NCBI GenBank assembly: GCA_023818645.1
Contig: JAMWCJ010000002.1
Span: 9,454-73,453 of the forward strand
Direction of reading: 5' to 3'
Length of the DNA stretch: 64,000 nucleotides
From: Candidatus Omnitrophota bacterium
GTDB taxonomy: Bacteria; Ratteibacteria; UBA8468; B48-G9; JAFGKM01
Shown here: positions 46,415 through 57,718 of the stretch, in pieces
Layout of the letters: every line of letters starts with the position of its first letter
Numbering within the stretch: the stretch's first letter is position 1
Made by a program: the position numbers and the translations under genes
Notes under the pieces: generated by a model
Databases searched by the model: none
What the model saw: only the letters and a program-made list of their open reading frames with translations
Told to the model about the DNA's origin: nothing

Positions 46415-49400
46415 TCAATTCAAATTCAGAGTAATTTCATTTTTTATGCCAGAAACTACCTCTGTAAGAATTACTTTCCATTTTCCTTTGGGAGAATTTA
46501 TAAAAAATGGAATAGTTAGTTTCCCTTTACCATTTTTAATTACAAAATTCTTGCAAAAAGATTTTTCTATTTCTCCATAAGGATTAAATACTTCCATATT
46601 TATAATAGAAATACCAGAAATCTCTCCGTTAGATGATACAAGTTCCACATCTATTTCTGTTTCATCAGGTAATCTTTTTATCTTTTTTAAATCAGTTTTA
46701 ATTTTATCCAGTTTATATGGCAATCTTGCAAGAAGAACTACACCACCAGGAGAAATATTAATTTCAACTTTTTCAGAATATCCTAAATATAATGGTTTAA
46801 TAATTTCCCCTGAAATAGGTTCCACTCCTCCAAAAAGATAGTTATGAGAAGGTTTTTCAAAGAAGAAATATACTTTAGAAGGTAAAAGAGGGTCACAATT
46901 TTCTTCCCTAAAAATTCCTAAATAACTCGTCTCTCCATCTTTCCATTCTATAACTTCATGACCGAGTAAAGGCACTTTCTTTTCATTACAAACTTGATGT
47001 CTTGGGGTAATACCGGCAAAATTTAAAATTTCTTTACTCAATTGAACTGACCAAGTATCCTGTTTTCTTGAATAAGCAGTTAGAAGAAAGTTTAAAAGCA
47101 AAACTTTACCTTTTCCATATTGTTTATAAATAAAGCATGGAATTTGTTTCTTGTCTTTTTCAAAAATGATCTCTCCTAAATTTTTACCATCAATGACTTC
47201 TAAACTTTTTTCATAATATTCAGCCACTAACCAACCTTTTAGATTCCAGTCAGGAACTGTTTCTTTTGCCCACACTAAATAATCAAAGGGTTGTAATCCC
47301 CATTCAAATTTTTTATTTTTAACTCCAAAAAGGTCATTTAATCCTTCATAAGGTACACCCCTATCATCAAATATAGCAGGTCTTACATCTGCAATAACTA
47401 TTCCACCTTCTTTTACCCAAGTTTTAATTTCTTCACATGTTTTTGGAGATAATGAAAAACAACAGGAAAGAATAAGAAGTTTTTTATCTTTCAAAAACCC
47501 ATTTTGTATTTGTTCTTCACTTATATATCTATAATTTATCCCATTTTCTGAAAGAAATCGCTGTAAAGCAGTTCTACTAGCATTGAAAGGTCTTAAAAAA
47601 AGATGAGTATTTTCTGGATTAACCCAATGCCCCATAATATATGTTGTATAAATAGAAGGTTGACTATAAAGAAATACAACAGGGTCTATTTCTTCTTTCA
47701 ATTGCATTATAAGTTTACCAATACCTTTTCTCAATGGTTCAGTTGTTTCTTTTACCCATTTATGTTGAGGATATAAACCACCTATATCAGATACAAATGT
47801 TTTCCCACAAAACCAACTCATGCCCCAGTATCCATGAAGAAGCCCCCACCATGGAGTTGTATAATATTGATTTTTATCTTGTCCATATCCTGCCCATGTA
47901 CTAACTGGACCAGAACAAAAACTTCTTGATAAGTTTACTACATTTCTACCATAAGGCATTAAAATATTAAAAGGAGAGGATGAATAATCAAATCCAGAGT
48001 AAGGAATAATATGTTCACCTAATTCAAATAATCCTTCAATCCCATAATAAATATCTTTATCAACAAGTCCATCAATTGCTTTATCCATTATCATTTTGTC
48101 TACATCTGTAATAAGTTTTGAAAACCATATTCTATATTCAAGCCAACTTGATATATTATATGTTGTTTCTTTTATATCTTTTTCACTTGCTGGTTTAACT
48201 TCGTCAAATGAAGAAAAATTTGTCTCCCATGCAGTATTTAAGTTTTTTATATCTTTATATTTCTCTTTTAGGTATTTCTGAAACATTTTTAAAACTTCTT
48301 CTCCTGGTATTGTTTCTTTTAAAGCATGCCTTTCATCCTGAACACATACCGCTATTCCTCCATATTTATTTAAGTGTCTATGAAAATAAGGTATTTTATT
48401 TTCTAAATTTTTTATTACTTTTGAATAATCTTTTTCTAATTCCCAAGGATAAATAGGGAACCAGTTTGTCCAGAAAATAGGAAACCCAGAATTTAAAATT
48501 AATCTCTGAATGGGTCTTTCTTCTGGATAACCACCGACTAAAAATACATCTATTCCGGCTTTCTGGTTTAAAACCTTTGAAAATTCTAATCCAAGAGATG
48601 GCAAATGTGTCGTACCCCATAAAATGTTATAAAAATCTTCCCATTTGTGAGAAGAAACTGAAATTTCTTTTTCTTTAAAACAGACCTTTCTATTACCATC
48701 AAAGACATAAACAATTATTTTTTGAATAGATGAATCTGTTTTTATCGTTTTATATTTTGCAAAAAATTCCTCTTTTTCAAGAGTTAAAGTTTCTCTATAT
48801 AAAATGTGGCCTTCAACATCTTCTATATCTATAACAAGTTTTATCTTTTTTAAGAATTTTTCTAATCCTTCAACCCTTCCTTTTATTTCTACAATCTCTC
48901 CTGGTAAATAAATTTCTTTATCGGTTTCAATTTTTAAATTCAAAGGATTTTCTATTTTAAACGAGTGAGAATACCATGAGATTACACAGTCATTTTTATC
49001 TTTTATAACAACATCTAAAACATATTTGCCAGAAGCAATATCAGGTAATTCCAAAACATTTTCCTTCATAGGATTTATATATTTTTCTAAAACAGTATTA
49101 AAATTCATATCTCTTACTGTCACTTTTAATTTATCAACTTCCTTCAATTCTCCTTCTAAATTAAAAGTTATTTTATTCTTTTCTCCAAAAACTAATTTTT
49201 CATTAGAGTTAAAAATAGCCCATGCCAATGGTTTTCTTCCAGCAGCATATAATACCAGTTTACAAAATATGGATGAAAAGTATCTCTCAAAAGATTTAAT
49301 TCCAGAAACAAGATCATCTTCTGCTTCTGGATTAACTGACATATATCTTCCTACCTCAGGAAACATCCCTGACCAACCTAATGCAACAATTCTACTACTT

Positions 49401-50215
49401 CCAATTTCTTTTATACCTGCGAGAGGGATTCCAGTTTTTGTATACCATACTGGTTTTGAATCTTTAGTTAAGGATAAATTTTTATAAAGAGAAATAGGTG
49501 GAAGAATATCCCATGGAATTCCTCCAAAGTGAATCCAGTCATCTGTAACTATAGAATCCATATCTTTAAACCTTTGTTTGTCTCCACTTGAACCAATAAT
49601 AGGATTAACCTCTCCATATTGTTTTTCCCACCATGTTCCATACCAGCCATAAGAATTTACTCCGCATAAAATTAAACCTTTACCATTTTCTTTAACATAA
49701 GAAATAATTTTTTTGTGCACTTCTTCTGGAAATGAAGAAGCAGATGTTGTAAGAACAATAACATCTGGATTTTCTTCAAGCGCTTTTTTCAAAAGTTTCA
49801 GAGAAAAATATGATATATACTTTTGTTTGTCCCCTAAATAATCATACATAGTTGGATATAAAGCAGGAATTCTAATCCATTTAGCATCTAAAGCAGAGGG
49901 TAAGTAAAATAGTTCTCCTTCTAACTGTAATGTAGAAACAACTAAAATTTTCAAAGGATGTCCAGAAAATTTTTCTGCCCATTCTACTTCTTTTACTTTA
50001 ACTAAAGGAAGTTTGTCAGTAAAAAGTAGAGATTGAGAACCAAATGTTAAAACTTCTGGATTTTTGCCAAACTCAACAAGTTCTGGATATCCTCTTGTTG
50101 CTTCCTGAAGTTCCCCAATAGTAGATGGTAAATTTAAAACAGGAAGGTTTTTGATTTCACAAAAAGCAATACTTGAAAAACACAAGACACAAACAAAACT
50201 ATTAAAAATTTTCAT
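46415..50215 (-). CDS. Giant secreted protein with two GATase1-like (ThuA / GH42-trimerisation-like) modules
   Basis: 1266 aa with a signal peptide (MKIFNSFVCVLCFSSIAFC). Module blocks are …HPLKILVVSTLQ…VKENGKGLILCGVNSYG… and …KKLLILSCCFSLSPKTCEEIKTWVKEGGIVIADV…. The centre is W/Y-rich (TIM-barrel-like). No family assigned. Confidence 0.45.
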   Translation of the reverse strand: MKIFNSFVCVLCFSSIAFCEIKNLPVLNLPSTIGELQEATRGYPELVEFGKNPEVLTFGSQSLLFTDKLPLVKVKEVEWAEKFSGHPLKILVVSTLQLEGELFYLPSALDAKWIRIPALYPTMYDYLGDKQKYISYFSLKLLKKALEENPDVIVLTTSASSFPEEVHKKIISYVKENGKGLILCGVNSYGWYGTWWEKQYGEVNPIIGSSGDKQRFKDMDSIVTDDWIHFGGIPWDILPPISLYKNLSLTKDSKPVWYTKTGIPLAGIKEIGSSRIVALGWSGMFPEVGRYMSVNPEAEDDLVSGIKSFERYFSSIFCKLVLYAAGRKPLAWAIFNSNEKLVFGEKNKITFNLEGELKEVDKLKVTVRDMNFNTVLEKYINPMKENVLELPDIASGKYVLDVVIKDKNDCVISWYSHSFKIENPLNLKIETDKEIYLPGEIVEIKGRVEGLEKFLKKIKLVIDIEDVEGHILYRETLTLEKEEFFAKYKTIKTDSSIQKIIVYVFDGNRKVCFKEKEISVSSHKWEDFYNILWGTTHLPSLGLEFSKVLNQKAGIDVFLVGGYPEERPIQRLILNSGFPIFWTNWFPIYPWELEKDYSKVIKNLENKIPYFHRHLNKYGGIAVCVQDERHALKETIPGEEVLKMFQKYLKEKYKDIKNLNTAWETNFSSFDEVKPASEKDIKETTYNISSWLEYRIWFSKLITDVDKMIMDKAIDGLVDKDIYYGIEGLFELGEHIIPYSGFDYSSSPFNILMPYGRNVVNLSRSFCSGPVSTWAGYGQDKNQYYTTPWWGLLHGYWGMSWFCGKTFVSDIGGLYPQHKWVKETTEPLRKGIGKLIMQLKEEIDPVVFLYSQPSIYTTYIMGHWVNPENTHLFLRPFNASRTALQRFLSENGINYRYISEEQIQNGFLKDKKLLILSCCFSLSPKTCEEIKTWVKEGGIVIADVRPAIFDDRGVPYEGLNDLFGVKNKKFEWGLQPFDYLVWAKETVPDWNLKGWLVAEYYEKSLEVIDGKNLGEIIFEKDKKQIPCFIYKQYGKGKVLLLNFLLTAYSRKQDTWSVQLSKEILNFAGITPRHQVCNEKKVPLLGHEVIEWKDGETSYLGIFREENCDPLLPSKVYFFFEKPSHNYLFGGVEPISGEIIKPLYLGYSEKVEINISPGGVVLLARLPYKLDKIKTDLKKIKRLPDETEIDVELVSSNGEISGISIINMEVFNPYGEIEKSFCKNFVIKNGKGKLTIPFFINSPKGKWKVILTEVVSGIKNEITLNLN

Positions 50216-50227
50216 CTGTCTTCCTTT

Positions 50228-51286
50228 TTAAAATTCAGGTTTTTCTATTTTCCCTATTTTTTCCAATTTTATATCATCATACCAGATAGTTCCTTCAGTA
50301 AATCTGAGTTGGAAATGAATAGTGCAATATTTATGCCAATTTTTTGTTGTGAAATTATATTTTACCTCCTGCCAGTCAAAAGTTCCTGATAATTTAGGCG
50401 AAAAAACTAAAACTTGTGCTTTTTCAGGTCCTTCCCCAAATGAATATTTTTCTGTTGGTGAAAGAATAATTCTTATGTTTACGCCTTCACCAACTATCCC
50501 AACTTTTTCTCCTTTAACCCAACAACTTAATGTATAAGCAGTATCCGGTTCTATAGAAAAAACATCTTCAGCATAAGGAAATGTTCTCATTCCAGTAACT
50601 TGATTTATTGAATTTACTACTATTTTTATACTGTGAGTCCCAGAATGAAAAACAGAATTATCAACAGAAACAGAATTTTCAGCCCCTACATAAAATTCCC
50701 AACCAACAGGAATTCCGGAAAGCAATTTCTCAAAATTTCCATTCTCTATTTCATTAGGTTTTTCTTTTATTTCCTCAAGATAAAGTTCATCAACATAAAA
50801 TTTTCCATTTTTTAGAGCCTCAACTTTTATACTTGATTTAAAAGCATTTTCTGGAGTCATGACTTTTTTTTGAAAAAATGTCCATTCTTTTAAAAATGGT
50901 TGAGGCACATATAATTCATTTACTGAAATGTATTTCCCTTCTTTATCAAAAAAATAAATTATAATTTTCAATCCTGAAAATTCTCCTTGTTTTTTTTCTG
51001 TTTCACACTTATACCATCCTGAAAACCTATATTTTGTTGATGGCTTTATTTGAAAAAGTTCTTTTATTTGAGCAAAACACTCTTTATTTTCTTCTCCTAA
51101 AAGTAACAATCCTTTTTCTTCTTTGTATTTTGCTTCTTCTTTAATTTTTATAAACGCGTTTTCTTTTTCAACTAACTTCCATTCTTCTTCCTTTTCAAAT
51201 CCATTATAAAAAATAATATTTTCTCCGCTTAATTTATGAAAAAAAAGTAAACATAAAAATATTCCTACTTTTATTTTTCTATTCAT
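50228..51286 (-). CDS. Secreted protein with two tandem CBM4/9-like carbohydrate-binding modules
   Basis: Signal peptide. Two repeats begin with the CBM_4_9-like signature (NIIFYNGFEKEEEWK… and IENGNFEKLLSGIPVGWEFY…), each followed by beta-sandwich-like sequence. Confidence 0.45.
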   Translation of the reverse strand: MNRKIKVGIFLCLLFFHKLSGENIIFYNGFEKEEEWKLVEKENAFIKIKEEAKYKEEKGLLLLGEENKECFAQIKELFQIKPSTKYRFSGWYKCETEKKQGEFSGLKIIIYFFDKEGKYISVNELYVPQPFLKEWTFFQKKVMTPENAFKSSIKVEALKNGKFYVDELYLEEIKEKPNEIENGNFEKLLSGIPVGWEFYVGAENSVSVDNSVFHSGTHSIKIVVNSINQVTGMRTFPYAEDVFSIEPDTAYTLSCWVKGEKVGIVGEGVNIRIILSPTEKYSFGEGPEKAQVLVFSPKLSGTFDWQEVKYNFTTKNWHKYCTIHFQLRFTEGTIWYDDIKLEKIGKIEKPEF

Positions 51287-51302
51287 ATTGCCTCCCTTCT
51301 AA

Positions 51303-52073
51303 CTACTTTTTCACTATATCTAAATATGCCCACCAAGAAAAATCATTATAACCATCTTCTCTCAATCCATTCCCCCAAGTATTTGTATCTGCATAACCGC
51401 TTAAACCCATTTGAGATGGAAAACCTTTAATAAATTTAACATGACCTCCTAAATACCAGACATTTACTCCTTCATATTTATGCGGTATAGTTTTGTAATT
51501 TGCACCTCCATCTGGATAATTAAGACATGCTACATAACCTAAATTTGAATGAAATTTATATCCAGAAACTGTCCTATCTAATTTTGGCCAGTAAGAAGGG
51601 TTTCCTGGGGGAGTAACACGATGTGTCTGTCTTTGAGCATAGGTAATACATAGATAGTTGCCAGTTTTCCAAGTATTTATAAAGTTTTTATACCAGGATT
51701 TTAATACTGTTCCATCCATTGTTTGAGAAGGACAGAACAAAAACTTATAATTATTAGGATTTATATAACCAGATTGTATTACTAAACCCAAGTATGTAGG
51801 AATATAAGCATACTTTATAAAAGATGTATTTACACCATCCGCAGTTCTTGCTGGTAAATACCCATCATTATCTTGAGAATACATCAAAATCGCAAGTCCT
51901 ATCTGTTTTAAATTATTCATACAAGTTGCCTGTCTTGCTTTTTCTCTTGCTTTAGAAAGTGCTGGTAAAAGCATCGCTGCCAAAATAGCAATGATCGCTA
52001 CTACGACTAACAACTCTATTAATGTGAATCCATGTGGTTTTGAAAAGATGCTCTTTGAAAATTTTTGTTTCAT
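51303..52073 (-). CDS. Prepilin-type N-terminal cleavage/methylation domain protein (H-X9-DG-like, degenerate motif)
   Basis: The class-III signal [15 protein letters not shown]|[22 protein letters not shown] is nearly identical at the DNA level to the other two copies. C-terminal …[17 protein letters not shown] (degenerate H-X9-DG). Confidence 0.85.
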   Translation of the reverse strand: MKQKFSKSIFSKPHGFTLIELLVVVAIIAILAAMLLPALSKAREKARQATCMNNLKQIGLAILMYSQDNDGYLPARTADGVNTSFIKYAYIPTYLGLVIQSGYINPNNYKFLFCPSQTMDGTVLKSWYKNFINTWKTGNYLCITYAQRQTHRVTPPGNPSYWPKLDRTVSGYKFHSNLGYVACLNYPDGGANYKTIPHKYEGVNVWYLGGHVKFIKGFPSQMGLSGYADTNTWGNGLREDGYNDFSWWAYLDIVKK

Positions 52074-52280
52074 ATTGCACCTCCTATAAAATTTAATTTA
52101 TATATAATCATCCGCATAAATATAGCGGATGGTAAAAAAGAGTATAATGTGTTCTGCAAAATTACACATTTGAAACTTTTTCTCTTTATAATTTTCATAT
52201 TATAATATGTTGACATATCATTTATTTTACCCCTTATAAATTTTTTGTCAAATATATTTTTATTTTTGTCAAATTTTTGT
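52074..52280 (-). promoter_or_regulatory. Conserved leader/promoter module, copy 2
   Basis: Near-identical to 41324-41543, including the hairpin 52109-52131 and the palindrome 52147-52169. It differs by a 12-bp indel between the two TTTGACAAA repeats. Confidence 0.6.
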
Positions 52281-52766
52281 ATAAGTTGAATACATCGTGA
52301 ACACTTTTTTATCTTCTATAGATTCAATTTTACACATACTTTAACTCTTTTATCCTGTTTTTCTTTGCTGCTAACTTTTCTTTTTCTCAACTTCTTCAGA
52401 TTTTTGTTTTTGATTTTACCTTTTATCAAATTAATTCAGGCTCTGCCCAGACGCCATGCAGGTAATTTACCCATACAGGAGGGTCTGGTTCTTCTATTGT
52501 TAGCATTGATAAAGTTAAAACACAAAATCTTGCTTTTTTATAACTATGAATTATTTAATCACGGTAGGTGCAGATAAGACAAATTTTTGTAAAGTCATCT
52601 TTGCCTTTTAGAAACTTCAGTTAAATAAACTCTACCATTTTTCATCTTTACTATCACTAACTTTTGAAATAAAAAAATCATCATATAGTTAACTTGCCTT
52701 TTCTTTCCCTTAAAAACTTTTTTCCAACATCATAGATACTTGTCTTTAAAAAAATATTTTTCATTC

Positions 52767-55700
52767 TTATTCCAGAACAATATATGAACCTGGAGTTAAT
52801 ATTAATTCCTTCTCTTTAAATTTCATTCCTGGTAAATCTATAACTTTTTTAATTTTTGTTTTTATTATTTTATCAGTTGGATTATTGACAGAGATATGCC
52901 ATTTATCAGGATTTTCAGAGACATGAGTTACCTGTATAAAAAGTTGTTTTCCTTCTTCTGTTTCAGCGATAACTGGATGACCGGATAAAATATGAGTTTC
53001 TTCTGCATAATCAATATATAATGGTACATAAGAATTCCCATAAATATCTATTCCAGGTTCTCTAAATCTGTTTTCTCCTTTTCCATAATCACCTTTGCTA
53101 TACCCTTTTTTCTGCCATAGAATAGATGTCCATTTTTTATTTAAATTTTTAATCATTAAAGGTAAAGTTAAATTCATTTTCTCTTTTGGTTTTTTAATAT
53201 AAATTTCAACATTATAATTTTCTGGATTTAATTCTATAATTCCTAAATTGCTACTAATTTTCTTTCCTTGTTTAATTTCCATATATTCTGGTTTTTCAAT
53301 ATATTTAACTATCTTCAAAATATCCTCTTTGCTTTCAACTTCTACATTAACAGGAATACCAACTCCACAAATTTCAAAAATATATTTTTCTCCTTTTTTA
53401 ATATTTTCAACTCCATCTGCAAACCATATTAAATTTCCTTTATGAACAATCTTCACTGGATTTTTTCTATTAATAAAAATATGAGAATTTGAAATTCCTT
53501 TTTTATAAAAGGCAATCCAATCACCTTTATTAAGGATAAATTTATCTCCAATTTTAATATCTTTAAATTGATATTCAGAAATTTTCTCTCCATTACATAT
53601 AACAATAATAGAATCTGGGTCAATTGCACCAAAATATCCAACTTGTAATGATTTTACTTTATCATCTTTAAGAAAACTTATTTCTTCACTGAAAATACTT
53701 ACATTTATTCCAACTCTAACTCCAGGACCAGCCCATCCTGCTTCAGGAACTCCTATTGTTGGTGTTACATACTCTATATATCTCTGTTTATAATTAAATA
53801 TTTTTGAAAAATCGTTAATTGGTCCATAAGTATGCCATGGATTTACAATATTTAAAACTTTTCCATCATATAATTTCTCTTTAACAGAACTAACAACAAG
53901 AACTCCTTCATCTGAGAATTCTAATAAAGGCATTTGCACAAACCTTCTTCCATCTTCTTTATCAGTATCTGTTTCTAAAATAGGAACTGTGTCTTGATAT
54001 CTAATTAATGGTAAACATGCAGGTGGTCCACCATCCCAAGTATCTCCTGCGATATTAACAGGTAAAACTGGTGCTCTATTCATTGGATACCAATAAGGAC
54101 CATGAGCAAGTGGCAAAAGCCCATCAATATACGCATTTACATGGTCAGAACAGAAACTCACTCCAAGAGCACCCTCTTTCCAACACCTTCTTGGAAAACT
54201 TATTGCTTTGCCTCCTTTAATATCCTCTGCTATAAGAACAAGATTTTTTTGAACTGTCCCATCTAAAACAAGTGTCTGGATATACTCTTTTTCACCATCT
54301 AATTTAATTTTTCTGAATAATTCCTGTCCATTGTAAATTCTTATTTCTTTCAATCCAACATCACTTTTTATATCAATATATGAAGGCATAACTGAAATAG
54401 GAGTTACAAATTCTTCACCACCATAAGTTATAACTCTATGACACCAAGGCCAGGCATATATTAAAGGACCATTTGAACTAAAAATATTAACTCCATCATA
54501 TTGATGCGTCCATCTTAAACCATCTTCAAAAATTGTGTCTAAATTTCTCGCCATAATATAAGTTAAACTATTTTTATTTTCAATCTCTCTTTTTAATTCA
54601 TCAGCAGAATATATTTCATTTATACTTACAGGATTTGGTGCTATTGTACATTGTGCTGTTTTTAAATATTCTTCTGTTAAATCTTCTATTAGTTTTCCAT
54701 TTTTATAATATCTTATACCAACTGCTGCATATAATTTTAAATCCCACATTGGTTGACAATTTTTATTTGTTGAAAAATTGTAATAACATACATTTCCATT
54801 ATTATGATAATTTGCCAATACCCAATTCAAATAAGGAGTAATATAGCCAGTAAAATTCCCTTTATCATCCTCTTCCTGTATATAAATTCTTTTTTTATCT
54901 TTTGTTAAAACTTTATCAGGCGGGAAAACAGGGTTTTTACCATAAAATATCATATAATTACCAACATTGTTTAAAATTGAAAATCCAGCAAATAATTTTA
55001 TTTTATCATCTGAATATTTTTTACAATCTTCTTTAAGTTCCTCAAATTTTTCAGGTGTTAAATATTCAAAATCATCTGCAAAAACTATAAAATCAAAACC
55101 AAATTGTTTCCCTTTATTAGCATATTCTTCTACAGTAGATTTTCCTGTTGAATAATTTGTTTTTGCTCCAATTATTCCTTTATACAGATTACCTTTTTGA
55201 GGGCGTCTATATCCTAAAACTTCTGGTTCATAAACCCAAAAATAATAATCAAATTGTGCCTTTACTCCAGGTCTTAAATTAGGTGGTAATAATTTTTGTT
55301 CATCTGTTACATATCCTCCAAATTTCTTATTTTTAAAAGATACCTCACCAAGATACTTAAATGTATTTTCAAGAAGTTTTCCAAAATCACTCTCTATTCC
55401 TTTTGCTCCTTTTGATAATACCTGTCTATCATAAATCCATTTTGTTCCTGCTCCTATTGAAAATTGTCTCCATTGGGCACATAAAGCAACTCTTCCATTT
55501 CTATATTCTCTTATTGCAAAAATAACTGGTTCTTTCTCTTTTTCAGTTCTTATAATTGGATTTTTTATAACTTCTGTTTCTTTACTTATATCTATTGGTT
55601 CTGTATGAGATGTCTTTGATGCTCTTACTACTACTTTCCAGTTTTCATCTACAATTATAGGTGCTGTCATCTGGGATAAATACGCAATTTGATAAGGGTA

Positions 55701-56753
55701 CCAAATATGTTTAACTCCTTCACTTACAGGGGATGGTAAAATATTATCTGTAAAAGCAATAGGAGTTGCATGTGTAGAATTAGTAAGTGAAGCAATTTTT
55801 TCTTTATCTTGTTCAACAATTCTTTCAACAGGTATTTTCGCACCAAAAAGGTCTGTCAGTTCAATAAGTTTCTGTCTTCCTAAATTATCCTCTGTCGGCA
55901 TCAATAAAACACCACCTCCCTCAGATACATATTTTTCTATTAGATTTTTAAATTCACTATCATATTCAATTTTCTCCTTCTGATAGTGATATCCAGGTGA
56001 TTGAAATAAAACTAAAACATTGTAATTTTTTATTCTATCCCATGTTATTTCATTCAAACTTTCTGTATAATCAACTTCAAATCCTTTTTGATATAACTCT
56101 TTTAAATATGTAAAATCAATCCAGCCATATCCTTGCTGTGGAGCACAGAATAAGATTGATATTCCTTTAGGTTCTTTACTTTTAATTATTTCATCTATCT
56201 TTTTTGCTTCAACAGAAACATTATCTATCAAAAACTCACCAGAAACCACTTTCCCAAAATTATTTACAGGAGAAAATATTACTTCATTTACATCATAATT
56301 ATACTTAAAATAAACATTATAATTTTTCCATTCTTTTTCTAATTTAATAATTTTTATTTCAGAGCCACCCCATAATCTTCCAATAGATAAATACTCAGCA
56401 TCAGATAACCATTTTGCATAAAAATTTACATTAACAACTTTTTCTTTGTCAACAGGTATTTTCTCTTTTAAAACTCCAAAAACTCCTGAATTCCATCTTG
56501 AATAACTGTAATTTTCTGGAAAATTTAAACTTACCTTTAAACTATTTTTTGAATTATCTGGTGTATCTGATACTAAAGAAAGTTCATTTTCACTAAAAAC
56601 TTGTTTATCTTTTTCAATTCTAACACATTTCCAACCATTAAAATCTTTTTCAAAATCAGAGTTTAAAATTAAGTTATCTGAAAAAACCAAAAAAGATAAA
56701 AAATAAAACAATATTATAATTCCTTTTCTCATATTAACCCCTCTTTTTTTCAA
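52767..56753 (-). CDS. Giant secreted protein, paralog of 41571-45140
   Basis: 1328 aa with a signal peptide. The N-terminal GATase1-like module is …KYVSEGGGVLLMP…. The paralogous central block is FGFDFIVFADDFEYLTPEKFEELKEDCKKYSD. The PHP-like HxH…DG residues are not conserved here (GAKTNYSTGKS). Confidence 0.5.
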   Translation of the reverse strand: MKKRGVNMRKGIIILFYFLSFLVFSDNLILNSDFEKDFNGWKCVRIEKDKQVFSENELSLVSDTPDNSKNSLKVSLNFPENYSYSRWNSGVFGVLKEKIPVDKEKVVNVNFYAKWLSDAEYLSIGRLWGGSEIKIIKLEKEWKNYNVYFKYNYDVNEVIFSPVNNFGKVVSGEFLIDNVSVEAKKIDEIIKSKEPKGISILFCAPQQGYGWIDFTYLKELYQKGFEVDYTESLNEITWDRIKNYNVLVLFQSPGYHYQKEKIEYDSEFKNLIEKYVSEGGGVLLMPTEDNLGRQKLIELTDLFGAKIPVERIVEQDKEKIASLTNSTHATPIAFTDNILPSPVSEGVKHIWYPYQIAYLSQMTAPIIVDENWKVVVRASKTSHTEPIDISKETEVIKNPIIRTEKEKEPVIFAIREYRNGRVALCAQWRQFSIGAGTKWIYDRQVLSKGAKGIESDFGKLLENTFKYLGEVSFKNKKFGGYVTDEQKLLPPNLRPGVKAQFDYYFWVYEPEVLGYRRPQKGNLYKGIIGAKTNYSTGKSTVEEYANKGKQFGFDFIVFADDFEYLTPEKFEELKEDCKKYSDDKIKLFAGFSILNNVGNYMIFYGKNPVFPPDKVLTKDKKRIYIQEEDDKGNFTGYITPYLNWVLANYHNNGNVCYYNFSTNKNCQPMWDLKLYAAVGIRYYKNGKLIEDLTEEYLKTAQCTIAPNPVSINEIYSADELKREIENKNSLTYIMARNLDTIFEDGLRWTHQYDGVNIFSSNGPLIYAWPWCHRVITYGGEEFVTPISVMPSYIDIKSDVGLKEIRIYNGQELFRKIKLDGEKEYIQTLVLDGTVQKNLVLIAEDIKGGKAISFPRRCWKEGALGVSFCSDHVNAYIDGLLPLAHGPYWYPMNRAPVLPVNIAGDTWDGGPPACLPLIRYQDTVPILETDTDKEDGRRFVQMPLLEFSDEGVLVVSSVKEKLYDGKVLNIVNPWHTYGPINDFSKIFNYKQRYIEYVTPTIGVPEAGWAGPGVRVGINVSIFSEEISFLKDDKVKSLQVGYFGAIDPDSIIVICNGEKISEYQFKDIKIGDKFILNKGDWIAFYKKGISNSHIFINRKNPVKIVHKGNLIWFADGVENIKKGEKYIFEICGVGIPVNVEVESKEDILKIVKYIEKPEYMEIKQGKKISSNLGIIELNPENYNVEIYIKKPKEKMNLTLPLMIKNLNKKWTSILWQKKGYSKGDYGKGENRFREPGIDIYGNSYVPLYIDYAEETHILSGHPVIAETEEGKQLFIQVTHVSENPDKWHISVNNPTDKIIKTKIKKVIDLPGMKFKEKELILTPGSYIVLE

Positions 56754-56771
56754 CCTCGGCGGTTGAATTTT

Positions 56772-57563
56772 TTAATAACTTACTTTTGGTATTCTTGTAA
56801 AAGGCCAAGCATATTCCCATCCTGCATTTCCATACCAATTTGGATTTGGGCTGTAATTTACATTATAGTATTGTGTATTTTCAAGTATTTCTTTTGGATA
56901 CCACTTTACATGATAATCACAGAAAAGAAGATTTGCTCCATTAGTATGCCTATATTGCCAATGAGAATCCCCCCATCCTTGCCAATTACACGCTCCACAA
57001 TTTGAAGTCCACCAAGGATATATCATTGATTCACCTAAAAGAAGAGTCGCACTTGAATTTTTTAATTGACTTTCTTTGACACCACAACTATCTGGAATAT
57101 ATACACGATTTAAACCAGCAGGTTCAGTACCATATCCTGTATTAAAACCATATCCACCCATATATACATACTCCATTGCTGGATTTTCATAAACTGGTGG
57201 AGGACCTCCTTTCCCATATTTATAATAATTGGGACAATAATAAGCACGCCAGTTTTTAACATAGGGGAAAATCTGCGTTATCCAAAAATGCATCCAACCA
57301 GAACCACCATATCCATAATAATTACCATTAGAATAATATGCAGGATAATAATTATCATAATCATTCAAATACATTGCAAATGCCAATCCAAGTTGTTTCA
57401 AATTGCTCATACAAGTTGCTTGTCTTGCTTTTTCTCTTGCTTTAGAAAGTGCTGGTAAAAGCATCGCTGCCAAAATAGCAATTATTGCTACTACGACTAA
57501 CAACTCTATTAATGTGAACCCATGTAGGTTTTGAGACCTGCTCTTTAAAAATTTTTGCTTCAT
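56772..57563 (-). CDS. Prepilin-type N-terminal cleavage/methylation domain protein (H-X9-DG-like)
   Basis: Class-III signal [15 protein letters not shown]|[23 protein letters not shown]-terminal [13 protein letters not shown] (H-X9-DY variant). Y/G/N/W-rich C-terminal half. Confidence 0.85.
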   Translation of the reverse strand: MKQKFLKSRSQNLHGFTLIELLVVVAIIAILAAMLLPALSKAREKARQATCMSNLKQLGLAFAMYLNDYDNYYPAYYSNGNYYGYGGSGWMHFWITQIFPYVKNWRAYYCPNYYKYGKGGPPPVYENPAMEYVYMGGYGFNTGYGTEPAGLNRVYIPDSCGVKESQLKNSSATLLLGESMIYPWWTSNCGACNWQGWGDSHWQYRHTNGANLLFCDYHVKWYPKEILENTQYYNVNYSPNPNWYGNAGWEYAWPFTRIPKVSY

Positions 57564-57617
57564 ATTGCACCTCCTAAAAAATTTAATCTATATATAATCA
57601 TCCGGGATAACCGGATG
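57564..57617 (-). promoter_or_regulatory. Leader module copy 3 (partial: RBS plus covarying hairpin 57599-57617)
   Basis: The first roughly 45 nt upstream of the start codon match copies 1 and 2. The hairpin is catccgg-gataa-ccggatg. Further upstream the sequence diverges and contains a (GA)9 tract. Confidence 0.5.
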
Positions 57618-57718
57618 GCAAAATAGGAAGATATATATAATCATCCACCATAATAACTGGTAGATGTAAAATAGAGGATTTTTATAAAAGAGGAAATTTT
57701 TTATAATAATATATCTAC

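Noticed and set aside
52365-52577. 70-aa plus-strand ORF in the spacer upstream of cassette 2
   Set aside because: Low-complexity L/F-rich translation, opposite strand to all neighbouring genes, no RBS. Probably non-coding. The region is kept as a finding only for its GC-rich patch.
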